Origin: Hyphochytrium catenoides
Taxonomy: Eukaryota; Protista; Hyphochytriomycota
Assembly: GCA_900088475.1 (NCBI GenBank)
Contig: FLMG01000980.1
Coordinates: 1-33,898 of the forward strand
Length of the DNA: 33,898 bases
Direction: 5' to 3'
Made by a program: the position numbers and the translations under genes. The notes below the pieces were generated by a model. The model saw only the letters and a program-made list of their open reading frames with translations, was not told the DNA's origin and did not search any database. This document shows positions 1-17,160 of the stretch, one piece after another (position 1 is the stretch's first letter; every line of letters begins with the position of its first letter).

Positions 1-330
1 CGGAATCCTCGCGCCTGCTGGGCCCAGCTATTTACCTCTTCTATTACTGCTTCAACGAAACTGCAAAATTGTGTTGTCGAGGGGCATATCGCTTCGTCGG
101 TGGCTACCTTGAGTTGTTCCTAGTAAGTACAAGGACCAGCGGGCGCTGGGGAAGCCATATGAATGAGGCCCCACAAAGCACCATCCATACCTCTGTACTT
201 TCTCCCGCCGCGCGAGCGAGTTCTTGACTTCGTTATAAAGAACTTCTTCCACTTCTTGAGTTTGTTACCTTGTGTTGAGCATGCAATCTGCGGAGCTTTT
301 CATCTTGGTGCGCCATACTTTCTTCATACA
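1..330 (-). CDS. Possible 5' part of an intron-containing hypothetical gene running off the window
   Basis: Minus-strand coding-like segments (EVEEVLYNEVKNSLARREK, then EQLKVATDEAICPST...EEVNSWAQQARGF) can be joined by a GT..AG intron at ~120-198. The upstream join is unresolved and no homology was recognised. Confidence 0.25.
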
Positions 331-539
331 GTGAACTTTGAGTGTGACCCCGAATGAAGAATCTCCAAAAATGGTGGGGCGCGGTGTTTGTTACGGTAGA
401 TTCAAACAGAAGAAAAAGTTCTCTGAACAATATCCTAGCAAGGGGATGATAATCATGCCAATCGTCTTGGATGAATCAATGCAAAGATAACTAATCCTAG
501 GTTATTTTTCCGTTTTCCGTCAATCTATCAACTGCTGTT

Positions 540-549
540 TGTCTCTCTC

Positions 550-580
<31 letters not shown>

Positions 581-608
581 TTCTCNNNNNNNNNNNNNNN
601 NNNNNNNN

Positions 609-639
<31 letters not shown>

Positions 640-765
640 ATGGCTCTCTCTCACTCACACACATCCCTTTCCTCTTCTCCTTTCCACCCCTCTTCTCCTT
701 TTTCTACCTTTTCTCTCTGTCTCCCTCTCTCTCTTTGCCTCTCTCTCTCTCTCTCTTCCCCTCTC
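540..765 (+). repeat. (CT)n microsatellite / polypyrimidine tract containing an assembly gap (N 586-608)
   Basis: Direct reading of the sequence. Confidence 0.95.
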
Positions 766-1772
766 CACCGTAGAAACTCTGCTCTGTCTCGCTGTCTCCT
801 CGGCTCACACTTCTCGTTACTCTGTGTCGCTTTGTCCTTTCGGGCGCTCATGCAAAGAACCAACAGCAGTGGCTAAAAGATCCGTTCTTCCCGTCTCATG
901 TACAAGCGGAGCAGCTGCAGGTCAGAGGTTCGTGGACAGCTGGAGAGAATCCAGGTCGAGGAGAGAGACAAGGAGAAGAGAGGGAGTCGACCGAGAGACA
1001 CTTTAGGACGCTTCTGAGAAAGGGAGAATGATGAACAAGAGAGGACGGAAACAAATAGAAGGAGAGAGAGAGAGAGAGAGCGGGAGGGAGAGAGATTATC
1101 TCGCAGTATGGTGTCAGGAAGGGCCAAGATGAGGGATGAACGGAGGTGTTTCTTTGCTGGTACTCAGAGTGAGAGCCACGGGCTCTCCAAGAAGAGCCGC
1201 CGAACAAGAAGTCAGTCCAGCTGCGGCTCCCACACCATCGAGGACAACGGGAAGAGAGGGCAGACAGAGAGAGAACATCGATGCGAGAGACTGCGTTAAA
1301 TGCTCCTGTTCAGACTGTCTCTACGGAGACGACAGACTGCTAATATAAGGGCGGCGCTGCCTCTGCCGTGCCAACTCAGACGATCGTTTCCTTTCTCCAT
1401 CACAACCACATATAAAGCTTTTTAGCTAAAATATGCAAACCTGTTTCAGCCCCTCGTGCACTCTTCCCGCGATCGTTGAGAAGCTGAGACGAGACTGCTA
1501 TTCTCTCTCTGTCACTTTCCTTGCGTCTCTCTTTAGCTTTTCTACCGCCTCTCTCACGCCGCCTCTTGAAAGTGCCCATTCCCTAATGGATCTCGGCCTC
1601 CTGCTAGCTCTCCGTGAAGCTTTTTGCCTTGCCTCTGATCTCTAGGCCGCCTCTCTTCTCACTCCGTTTCGCTAGAATGGAGACCGAGTGAGACCCAGAG
1701 CAGATCCAACCTTTCCAGGACAGCGACTAATCCTAACCCTTGAGCTCCTGAACTTAGAGCTAGCCAAGCAAA

Positions 1773-2393
1773 ATGAGCTCTACCTGCAAGAAGTGTCCCA
1801 GAGCAATCTCTAGCGTTAAAAAGTCTCTCGGGTGCTGTCTGTCTCCCAGTGACGAGAAGCTCGTAGTTTGTAGGAGGAGAGCGGAAGAAGTGCCTTCAGG
1901 AGACTTTATCTTCTTCATTTTCTTCGTCTCTGGTGTCGCCGGGATAATCTACTCAGCTTGTCATAGAAGAACCGTGGAAGTAGCGCATGTTCTCCTTCTC
2001 TTGGTACTCCTCGCAATAGTTCTTCCTGTTTATCTCTTTCTGAGATCCAGCTGCGAACTGGGAAACTTTGCTCCTGAGAGCGAGAGAGACCACGCTCTCT
2101 CCTTCCCATCTCCTGTTAGATGCTATCCAGAAGCCTATGCCACCTTTGACAACCTAACCGGCCAGTATATATCTGTTAGCGAAGATGACAAGCGTGCGGA
2201 GAGGAAGCTTTCTCTGGGCGCCTTTACTTCTGGACTTCCCCCTGTCCTCGAGATAGAGGACGGAGAAGTAACGAAAGACACGTTCAGAGACTGCTGCTCA
2301 GCAGAACTAGCAGAAAATAGTCAGAGCAGAGAGAGTAGCGAGTCTCTGGAAGTCCTCGTCATTGAAGAGGATGACCACAGTGAGACCTGTTGA
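1773..2393 (+). CDS. Hypothetical 206-aa protein with two predicted transmembrane segments and an acidic C-terminus
   Basis: Single-exon ORF from an ATG in AAAATG context. Hydrophobic stretches are FIFFIFFVSGVAGIIYSAC and VAHVLLLLVLLAIVLPVYLFL. It is not microsatellite-derived and no family was recognised. Confidence 0.55.
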   Translation: MSSTCKKCPRAISSVKKSLGCCLSPSDEKLVVCRRRAEEVPSGDFIFFIFFVSGVAGIIYSACHRRTVEVAHVLLLLVLLAIVLPVYLFLRSSCELGNFAPESERDHALSFPSPVRCYPEAYATFDNLTGQYISVSEDDKRAERKLSLGAFTSGLPPVLEIEDGEVTKDTFRDCCSAELAENSQSRESSESLEVLVIEEDDHSETC

Positions 2394-2763
2394 GATTGAA
2401 AGAACGAGAAACGAGGAGCAAGGGAGCGCGCCCTCTCAATCCCTAGGACACCCGTTCCTCCTGCTTTATTTGTGAACAGTTGATGTACAAGCGAATAAGA
2501 GAGAGAGCTTCTCGCCCGCTCTTTCTCTTTGTCCCCGCTAAAGCACCGTACTTGGTGCATAAATCGATCCCTGCGAGGTAGATCAGTGGAGGAGTCGCCC
2601 CGATGGGCCATCTCGGTAGAAGACAAAGGGCAAGATGGAGTCGCATCATGTAGAAGTAGATAGAGAGAAAGGAGAGACAGAGAAGAGAGAGAGAGTAGAC
2701 GGTAAATGTGGAAAGAGACAGAATCGTCGGTTTCTGAGCTTACCCTTTCTCCTCTGTGTCTTT

Positions 2764-5651
2764 TCAATGCATTGCGTCCTGAAGCTCCCGGACTCTGCTG
2801 GTAACGACCTCCAACGCCTCTTCCCCTCTACCCTCAGCCTTTTCTCCTAAAAGCTGCAGCAAGCGAAGAGACTGCGCCTCCATGAGACGCAATCTTGCTC
2901 CTTCTTCTTCAAAGCGAAGATCCCTGTCACGCAGCGCTGCCTAACAACAAAGGGTAACCAAAGGGTCATTCATAGTAGATAACCACCCGCAAGACGAGGA
3001 AAGGGAACGTTGAAAGAGGGAAGGATAAGACTAGAAGACAAAGAGTGCAAGAAAGAGGAAGAGAAAGAAGAGAGACAAAGAGGGCACCAAGGGAGAGAGA
3101 GCCGGGACAGTGATGCAAAAAGAGAGCAATCACTGCAAATAGTAGACTGTGGGAATGGCTTAGTAAGGGGACGGAGATGAAGTTAAGAGTGCAAGGGCCT
3201 TCGACTGCACCTGTACATCAAACAGCGATTCCTCTAGCCTGGAAGCATGCTGTGCTTGTCGCTCCACCATCTTCTCCAGAGACGATAGTCGCTTCTCCAG
3301 AGATTTTTCTTTCTTGTCTACAGAAATGGAGATGAAGTATAAGTAGATGCAAAAATATAGAAATGTAAAATGTAGGCCAAGGGTAGCGTTCGCTGCTGCG
3401 AGCCGCTGAGGATGTGCTCACCTCTGCTTCTTGAAACTTTTATCTCTTCTCCTCGAGATTCGGTTTCATTCCTTCTGCCCTTCCTTCTGCGGCAAGTCTC
3501 TCTCCCTTGTCTCCTCTTCTCCACACTCTTAACAGCAGGTACTCCGGATGCCTCCTCTTTCTGGGGCTCTAAAGAAGAGTAATCACTGTTGCTCACTACG
3601 TCCTGCGCCTCGCCACCAGAGAGATGTAGCGAAGGGGCAAATGCCCGAGAGAGAATCGACATGAAGCCCCACTTTTCACTTCCTCTTCCTTCCTGACTCC
3701 TTTCCTCATCTTCAAAGGACCCCATAGGTTCCAGCGGACGCTTCCTAACCTCTGAAGGAGGAGAACCGAGAGGCTCTTCTTCTTCTCTCTTCTCCTCATC
3801 TTGCTGCAATCTGAGCTCCTTCTCTAAGCGTCTCACAGTCTCTGCTTGCTCTTGAACTGTCCGTTGCAGAGCCTCTAACTGACCCCGCACTTTTATGGTG
3901 GCTGCTTCGGCCTGAGATCCAGGGAGAGATTTAAAAGGAGGTAGATGGAACTAGTCACTTAAGGTGCCAGGAGAGGCATCGGAGACAATAATGGAGGCCA
4001 CACCTCTTGAAGACGGGTCCTGGCTTGCTCTCGTTCTGTCACTTTCTCTCTCCTCAGCACCTCGTTCTCTTCACGGAGCGTCTCATTCTCTCTGTTCAGC
4101 TCGCGATTCCTGTGGTTGACAAATGCAGGCGCTGCTGTCAGACAATAAAGGGAAATTGATAGAAAAAAAGAGATGGACATCTCATAACGAGGATAAGAGG
4201 TTGGCGAGCGATGCTTGGCATATACATAGGGCAGAGGCGGGACCGAGAAGGAGAGAGAGCAGAGACAAAAAGACAGCAAGGAAGCTAAATGCAGCAAGAC
4301 TAAGAAGAGATGAAAGAGAGACACAAGGCTCGAGCGACAAAGAACGAGGGAAAGAGAGAAAGAGAGAGTCAGAGAGAGCCAGGTGTGGAGGAAGAAAGAG
4401 AGAGAAAGACAGAGAGAGCTAAAGAGGTCATTGGGGAGACAGACCCAAGCGAAGGTCTGATTGAGGTTGACGCATACCTGCAGCGCAGCTTCTCCGCGGT
4501 CAGAGCGAGCATCATCACATCCTCATGGAGAGAGTCTGCCTCCTTGCCCTTCTCTTGAGCTTCCCTAATGAGGCTGGCTCTCTCCTTCCCCGATTTGTCT
4601 CTCTCGTGCTGCAATCTATCTTGGAGAAGGGTCAACTCTTCTCGTAGTCTCTTGCAATCTGCCACATAGTCATTCCCAGGCGAAGCCTCTGCGGTTCTGA
4701 GTGTCCCCTGTAAACTCAGTAGATCAAGCTTCTCTTTGTAAGAGAGAAGGGCTTGAGAAGGAGGAAGAGCATTGGAGAGTTCTCTCTCTTCTTGGTCGCA
4801 TCTTCCTTCTAAAAGGCTATAAAACGTTGAAGCGTCCTTCTCCTGCTCTTCTTCCTCTACGTGAATGGCTGGGAATGAGGAGGAAGAGCAAAAGGAAGAG
4901 AGAGAGCTGCATAGAGAAGAGTGTGCAGGGTCCGCTCTTTCCGTGCTATTCCTTAAGGAAGAGGGGAGACACAGCAAGTTCTCCTTCACTCGATGGGAGG
5001 GGAAGCTCCTTCCGATCTGGCTGTGAAGAGCGGCCTCTCTTTCCTCTTCTCTAGCTCGACTGGGAAATGGCTCTGAATAGAGGAGAGAATGCGAGGAGAG
5101 GTGGGGAAAGAACCGTCATCAAGTGGGCGAAGAGAAGAAGAGAGAGAAGTGGAGAAAGAGTGGACAACCGGAGAAAGGAGAGAGAGAGACCAAGAGATAA
5201 GAGCATCGGAATGAGCCCGAATCAGAAAGGACCAACATCGAAAGACTGAGACGAAGATAGAACGTAGGGATATAACGTGGTACTATGGTTGCTCACCTGG
5301 CTCCTCCTCCGCCTCCGATCCCATAAATGTCAGCCTTCGAGAGAAAGAGACTCTTTCTTCCCGTGGTCCGCCTTTCTGAGAGCCATAGTTCTTCACGCTG
5401 TTCCTATTCAGTCTTTCTCTTGATCTCTTTCCATCTCCTTTCTCTTCCCTCTTCATCTTTCCCATATCTCTCTTTGAAGAGCTGAAGTCATCCCACTGAA
5501 CTCTTTGACTCTGTCTTGGGGCTGGTTGATTATCCTTAAGGCGGTTCTTACTTGGGCTCCGCTCTTTGACTGAGGGAGAGAGACGACGATCAGAGATGGA
5601 GGCTGCCGCGGGAGGAGGTGAGCGGTATGGGGATGGGAAGGTATCTTCCAT
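2764..5651 (-). CDS. Coiled-coil protein of unknown function, 6 exons
   Basis: Exons 5651-5297, 5072-4478, 4109-4004, 3911-3422, ~3317-3212 and 2940-2764 join in frame through GT-AG introns (e.g. CCAG|GTGAGC, AG|GTATGC..CACAG|G, GAG|GTGTGG..TCTCAG|GCC). The product has E/R/K/L-rich heptad segments and ends ...VRELQDAMH-TGA. An additional upstream exon is possible. Confidence 0.75.
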
Positions 5652-5959
5652 TTGAGAAGGGATTGAGGAGCAAGAGGAAAATGAAGAATGGGAAGAAGAG
5701 GAGAATCAGACAGAAGAGAGAAGGGAGAGAGAGAGGGAACTGGAAAGGAGAAGGAAGAGAGAGAGTGAATGTGTGTCTTTGTGGTGAGAGGCAGGGAGAG
5801 AAAGGGAAGGGGAGTAGAGGAAAGGGAAAGAGGGGGCGAGACGGGACAGAGAAGAGAACCGGGCCGATATGTCCACCAATGAGCTCCGGAGGAAGAGAAA
5901 GTTGGGAAGTAGCGCGGGAAAGGAAGGACTACCAGGAGACTAGGGGGCGGGAAGGGAAG

Positions 5960-5979
5960 AGGAGAAGTAGGAAGAGAAA

Positions 5980-6034
<55 letters not shown>

Positions 6035-6065
6035 CAGAGAGACAGAGAGAGAGACAGAGACAAAA
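5960..6065 (+). repeat. (GA)n/(GACA)n microsatellite
   Basis: Direct reading of the sequence. Confidence 0.95.
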
Positions 6066-6445
6066 GGGAGGGAGGAGAGATAAAGAAGCGCTGAGCGCGA
6101 AGGGAAAACTTATCAACAAGCCAAGTGAAACCCCTCAAGAGACTTCCTGGCAGGTTGGTGTGAACCTCCTGCCCATAGCGTAGCAGGTGCAACCCAGAGC
6201 ATAAGGAAAGGGAGAGAGAAAGGGACAGTGGCACAACGGAGAGAGGACTCTCTAAAGGAAGAGAGCACGGCCCCGCTGAGAAGAGACAGAAGAAGAGGAG
6301 ATGGATAGCTGTCAATGATGAGCTGTTGAGCGATGAGGGAAGAGAAGAGGCAAGAGTTAACGCCAGAGAGACAAGGAGAGGAGGACGCGAAGAAGAGGAA
6401 AGGTAGGAGAGTAGTTCTACCGATAGCTAAAAGTGAGTGTGTGTG

Positions 6446-6534
6446 GGAGAGAGAGAGAGAGAGAGAANNNNNNNNNNNNNNNNNNNNNNNNNNNNNNNNN
6501 NNNNNNNNNNNNNNNNNNNNNNNNNNNNNNNNNN
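6446..6534. repeat. (GA)n run leading into an assembly gap (N 6468-6534)
   Basis: Direct reading of the sequence. Confidence 0.95.
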
Positions 6535-6696
6535 GTTGACCCGTTCTACTTCTGGGGGAGCACTCAGAGAACCTGTTCATGGACCATACAGATGTCTTGG
6601 CTTCACACATTATATATTACTACATTATTCGGTCCCCTATAGAGGTTTCTGTGAAAGGACATGAGAAAGAAAGCGTATCCTTGTTGAAGGAAGTAG

Positions 6697-6926
6697 ATGG
6701 GGGGAGAGAGAGGGGAGAGAGATAAAGGAGAGAGTGCTTGGGAGAGAGACACAGGAGAGAGACCGCGAGAAGAAAGCGAGAGAGAAGAGAGAGGGAGAGC
6801 GGGGGAGAGAGAGAGAGGGAGAGAGACCGCGAGAAGAGAGCGAGAGAGAAGAGAGAGGGAGAGCGGGGGGGGGAGAGAGAGAGGAGAGAGAGAGAGTGAG
6901 AGCGAGAGAGAGAGAGAGAGAAGAAG

Positions 6927-6957
<31 letters not shown>

Positions 6958-6972
6958 CAGAGAGAGAGAGAC
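6697..6972 (+). repeat. Degenerate GA-rich satellite containing a ~64-bp tandem duplication
   Basis: GAGACCGCGAGAAGA(A/G)AGCGAGAGAGAAGAGAGAGGGAGAGCGGGGG occurs at ~6759 and ~6823. Confidence 0.9.
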
Positions 6973-6986
6973 GAAAAACTCACAAG

Positions 6987-7690
6987 AGAGGAAGGGCATT
7001 GCAGAAACAGTACCTGGGTTCCGGAAGACATCAGAGAGAGTAAGAGAGTGTGAGAAGGAAAGGTTGAAACCTCTTGACAACTTGAGCCGGGCCGGGGCCA
7101 GGCAGAGCCGCCTTGGGAGGAGCTGCACAGCCAGTGTTGGCACTCCTTGCCCGGTCCGACGGTCCTGATCTATGGGCCAGGACCACATGTCAGACCTAGT
7201 CAAAGTGAACAGAGTTCTCACCGCCATCGGTTCCAGGGTAAGGGAAGAAGCTGATGAGCCCAAGCAAAGGATGCGGAACCTAGAGCACTCTCCTATTCTG
7301 TAGCATCCTCATCCTATGGCGCATCCCCAATTGTTTCTTTTGAAGCAACCGAGGCACCCGTAACGATTCTTAGCAGCACCAGCGACAGGGCACTCTGATA
7401 AATTCTGTCCTGTGCGCTGGAACGTTGTCGGGAGAGGTCACATTAAAGCAGAAGGCTCGGTCGAAGAACGAAGCATGGGAGGTAGCAACAGAGAATGGGG
7501 CTCTTTTCCTCACGATCCTGGTCAGTCTTGGTACAGCTTTGGAGGGAGTCAGTTGTGCCAGGAATGGTATTAAGGCCATCCTTCCTCGTCCTAGACTCTG
7601 CGAACTAATGACATCAAAGGCGTTAAGATCTTCAATTGTGTCCGTGCCATTGGTGCTAATCTCTAGCACTGCCCCCGTCCACAGGGCCTA
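6987..7690 (-). CDS. Possible exons of an orphan gene (boundaries uncertain)
   Basis: Stop-free minus-strand segments ~7687-7381 (ALWTGAVLEISTNG...VPCRW) and ~7279-6987 (FRILCLGSSAS...MPFLS) can be joined as TG|GT..CTAG|G. A GTGAGT donor precedes the GA satellite. No homology was recognised. Confidence 0.3.
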
Positions 7691-9483
7691 TGTTAGCACT
7701 TTCCCGGTCCCTCGTAAAGATATTAGAGACTGGCAAACTGGTTCTTGCTGAACAAGTGTCTTGATTGCAGGTAGTCCTTGTGAGCGCCACCCAGTTGGCC
7801 AAGAGGATACATCCTCTGGCGATTCAGTTGTTGCATGACTCTATGACTGGCCCTTCCCTATGCACGTGGCCTATAAGCTGTTGCGAGGGTAATGTGCTTA
7901 GTAGAGAAAGCTATCTCAGGCATTCAGTGTAATGAACTTTTAAACGCAAAGCAAGAGAAGAAGTGAAGAAGGACGTTCATGATTTCCTTATCTCTATCCA
8001 CCAAAAGGCAGAGGCCACAAGAGACTATGGCGCAGAGGCATCTCCTCTTCATCTCAATGCTCTCAGCCCTGGAGGGGCCTACCCCAGGGCCTGAACTGTG
8101 AGATGTGAGCTAGCTTGGTCCTTGTTCCTCTAAAGAGCACTCGCCTCCGTGTGGAGAGGAACGACGTATTTAAACAATCGGCCTTCTGTGGAGAAGAGTA
8201 AGCAGGGAAGCGAATGTGCTCTCGGTTCACCAGGTTATTGGCAAAAGGTGCACGACGCTCCAGGTCGCGGGATAGGCAAGGTGAGACGGCGAGTTATACT
8301 TCAAGCACACGACGATGCGACCCTCTTGATATTCTTTGATTGAGTCACCGCCATCTCAACGCCTGGAAGAGTCACCAACAAGACCATGAATAGCGTTACC
8401 ACCTCTGTGACAACGGTGGCGACAGCAATTCTCATTCGAGGTCGCCCCGGGGGCTATAATGATCACGCATGGATCACCGATAATGTCTTGTGTCATATGC
8501 TTGAGCTACTTGGATCTGCCTGAAGAGGTCATGAAGACCTGTCAGATCGTCAGATGAAGAATGCTGGCCTCGCCGGTGCGGCTACTAGGCAATCGCCTTC
8601 GCCAGTAGACACAATACGCAGCGGTGATGTTCGGAGCTACAGGCAAAATTGGCCTCTCCTTTATTATACGAGGTGTCGACCACTTGCAGATACGTTGGTC
8701 TATCTTGACTTTTGTCAAGATAACAAAAGTAAAGGGGACAAGAAATAGAGAGTGGTGTCAGGAAGGTGAGGAAGGGATGCTTCTCGTGTGGTCCGTTAAA
8801 GCGTTGCAGAGTTCTTCAGTTTTCCTTTTCTGAGATCTGGGATGGAGTTTTCTCACGTCACTGCACTAGTTGCGGGACTCCAGACTCATCTCAACATATA
8901 GTCCTGAGGACTCTGGTTGTTGAGAGACCATTATGCAGTCATTGAACTCTTTCTTTCGAATCACTCCTGGCTCCATAGCGATCTACCATCATGCACACGC
9001 GTAGACGATCATTTGTGCAGGCATTCCACATACGGAACCAAGAGCGCATGTAAAATGACGCGACCAGGAGTAGTACTGGATAGTACTGGACGCCTCGGCT
9101 CTTCAACCGCTCCATCCCAAGAGCATCATGGCCCATTGTCACCACGAGCATCAGGTCCCACTGCCTCTCATTACACAGAGCAGACAAGTCTTCCTGAGTA
9201 GAGTCACTCGACCAACAGGAAGAACCTCCGTAGGAGAGGACCCTCAGCTTCCCAGCGCTCAGGAGCGCGCAAGCACCACGAGTACCACTGAAACGCCTAG
9301 GCTAGCACTTGCCTGCTGCAGGGCGGCAATTGCTCTTTCATGCGCATCCACTTAGTCGCCACGGACGACCTCTGTAGTGGTGACTAGGGCTGACTTGTTG
9401 TCCGCTATACCTGGTGAAAAAGGAGCTCCGGTCCCTACCACGGCCTGCTAAGCAGTTGACAGCTGGTGAGAGCCAATCCTTAC

Positions 9484-14999
<5,516 letters not shown>

Positions 15000-16242
15000 C
15001 TTCAGAATCAGAAGAGCCACTACTACGCGCTCCCCACAAGCCTTTCACTAACCACCATGGGTACATTCAACAGTTGCCTGTATATAAGAGTACATGCTCG
15101 GTCCATTAAAACGATGCCCCTCTTGGACGAGCATTATCTCTCATCGCGACTCTAAATCTTCAACGAACTTCAAATCTGACTCTGGTGGTCTCTCCTTTGA
15201 ACTCGATAAAAAGTAATATAAGAAGCTCTGTAATTATTTCTGTAAAACTGCCTTCAGAATTGCCCTGGAACGAAATTTACACACGAAAAGAGAGGTAGAA
15301 ACAGCACAAGAAAGGCGGTCTCCTTACACCCGCAAACGGACAAAATACATCAACTTTCTCACTGGAACGAACAACGTTGTACATGGTGTACGAGTTTATA
15401 AGGATAGGGAGATGTGCAGTAATAATAACTACTTTTGGCAATAATCTTCGAGACCTTGTGATTCCGTATTCCGTTCGGCGGCTGCGTTATTTTAAAGCGG
15501 GTGCCGCTGCCGTCATCACGTGCACATCATGTTGATTTACAGTGCGCTGCATGCAGCCAGGGCTGTCTGATCCTGGAGATTAGCAAGGCGTGATCCCCGG
15601 AGTGGGGCCTACCTGCGATATGTTTTCGAACATTGGTGCCACGCAACCAGCTAATAACCTGGAGTATGCTTCAGCCTCCTCTCTGCAGATCTAATGCCGG
15701 ATGGCAATTGGCACATACCGCAGCCTGGGAAGGCTGGGAGACTCATATAAAACATAGCTCTTACTTATTAGCAGCGTATTGCATGCCGCTATTTTCCAAA
15801 CAAACAAACAATATACGATTGGAACAGTAGGCGGCCACCTACTCGTTCCTTAGTCGTTAAGGTGCCAATAAAGACATAATTAGCCCTCCTGGCTTTGCAT
15901 CGACATGTGCCGCTATAATTATAACCCTTGCATAGTGAAAAAGCGTAGAGAAGCACTGTGCACTTGAGGTCATGCAGTTAGCTTTCCTCAAATTTGCCGT
16001 TTGGAGTCACGCAGCGTCGGACCAGCATAAAAAAGCCACCGCAAGAAAAAAAGCCCACGGTCTTAGTGACCTTGCACGTGGGCACAGACTATAAGATACA
16101 TCTTCCTTATGAAACAGTGCGGACAAAAAGGTACGCCTAGCACGGTTACGATTGTGGTCTAGACTGGTGGTGTCCGGCTACAGTCCGAAGACAAGGCAAC
16201 CTCAAGCGCCGACGGAGGACTGTGACAAGGATAAAGAGGACT

Positions 16243-17160
16243 TTATTCCGTCTTTGCTCGTTTCTGTAGTGCAGAATCCAAGTCCTTAGCCCAAAGAGCC
16301 GCTCCAACTGTGTTGGTCACTGTGACGATAGGAGAGATCATTGGAAGCAGAGTCTCAAGGAGGAGACAGCTGGCGCCAAAAGAACCGAAAGTGTTCATGT
16401 TGTTGCTGACAAATTCCCATTGCTCTCGAGCCTCCTTCAGCCCTCTGTGAACCAGATAGCGCTCGGAAAGCTCCCAACTATAGACAAGACCATTGACGAA
16501 GAGATACGCACAAGTTCCCAGCAGAGGGACGACGTTAAGAGGCGAAGACAGCGTCGCAACCCCCACCCGGAAAGCGAACCTGGAGGAGAAATGCACGACA
16601 ACAAGGTTACAAGGATGGGGGTGAGTTTACTATGTACGAGGAATTCCTACAGTCCGGGTCTATACTGAGTCAAGCAGAAAGAATGATGGCGTACATACCA
16701 TTTAAGACTTCGCCAAGCAGCTTGGGTCAGGGTTTCAGACTTGTCACTAGCCTCTGGCGCTATTTTTAGAACCTTCTTATAAACGCGGTGCCGCCCCACT
16801 GCCGTAGCCACGCGTGCAATGGTCAAAACTCCCAAGAAGCCGCCTTTAAGCAGAAAGATCGAAAGCAGGTTAGACGAAATTTTGCGGGGTCATCCCGAGA
16901 AAAGAGATATTATTACCAGCCACTAAGGCGACCTGGGCTCCTGCATTTAGGGTTTGGTCTACCCAGGAGTCACTCAGTGTGGCCTCTGCGATAAACCGAC
17001 TTGCTTGAGGGACCATGCTAGCGTACAGGCCAGCAAAGCTTACACTGCCAACAGTTCCCAAGAAGAGGGGCATCACCATCTGCCCCACTGTGTCACGTGG
17101 GTGTTGACAAATGTACCCCACCCCCAGGAAGGGGTACATATACCCTGCCCGCATCGACAT
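16243..17160 (-). CDS. EI24 / CysZ-like multi-pass membrane protein (fungal Rrt8/Lds-like), 3 exons
   Basis: Exons 17160-16917, 16843-16699 and 16579-16243 join in frame through GT-AG introns. The N-terminal YPFLGVGY..HP, internal LNVVPLLGT and C-terminal FGSFG...LLETLLPMI...TNTVGAALWAKDL match the EI24/Rrt8 family pattern as I recall it. Confidence 0.8.

Noticed and set aside
539-7263. Long ORFs rich in SLSLSL or RERERE (e.g. 539-1006, 5618-6094, 6603-7168; also 28742-29287 and 31557-32060)
   Set aside because: They are translations of GA/CT microsatellites, which lack stop codons.
8470-8560. F-box/RING-like fragment (DNVLCHM../LSYLDL, CVICL)
   Set aside because: It needs a frameshift, is very short and has no supporting context.
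15100-16240. tRNA/snRNA in the ERCC6L2-EI24 intergenic region (TGGTCTAG A-box-like at ~16155)
   Set aside because: No B box (GTTCRA) or cloverleaf, and no U1/U2/U4/U5/U6 signature sequence.
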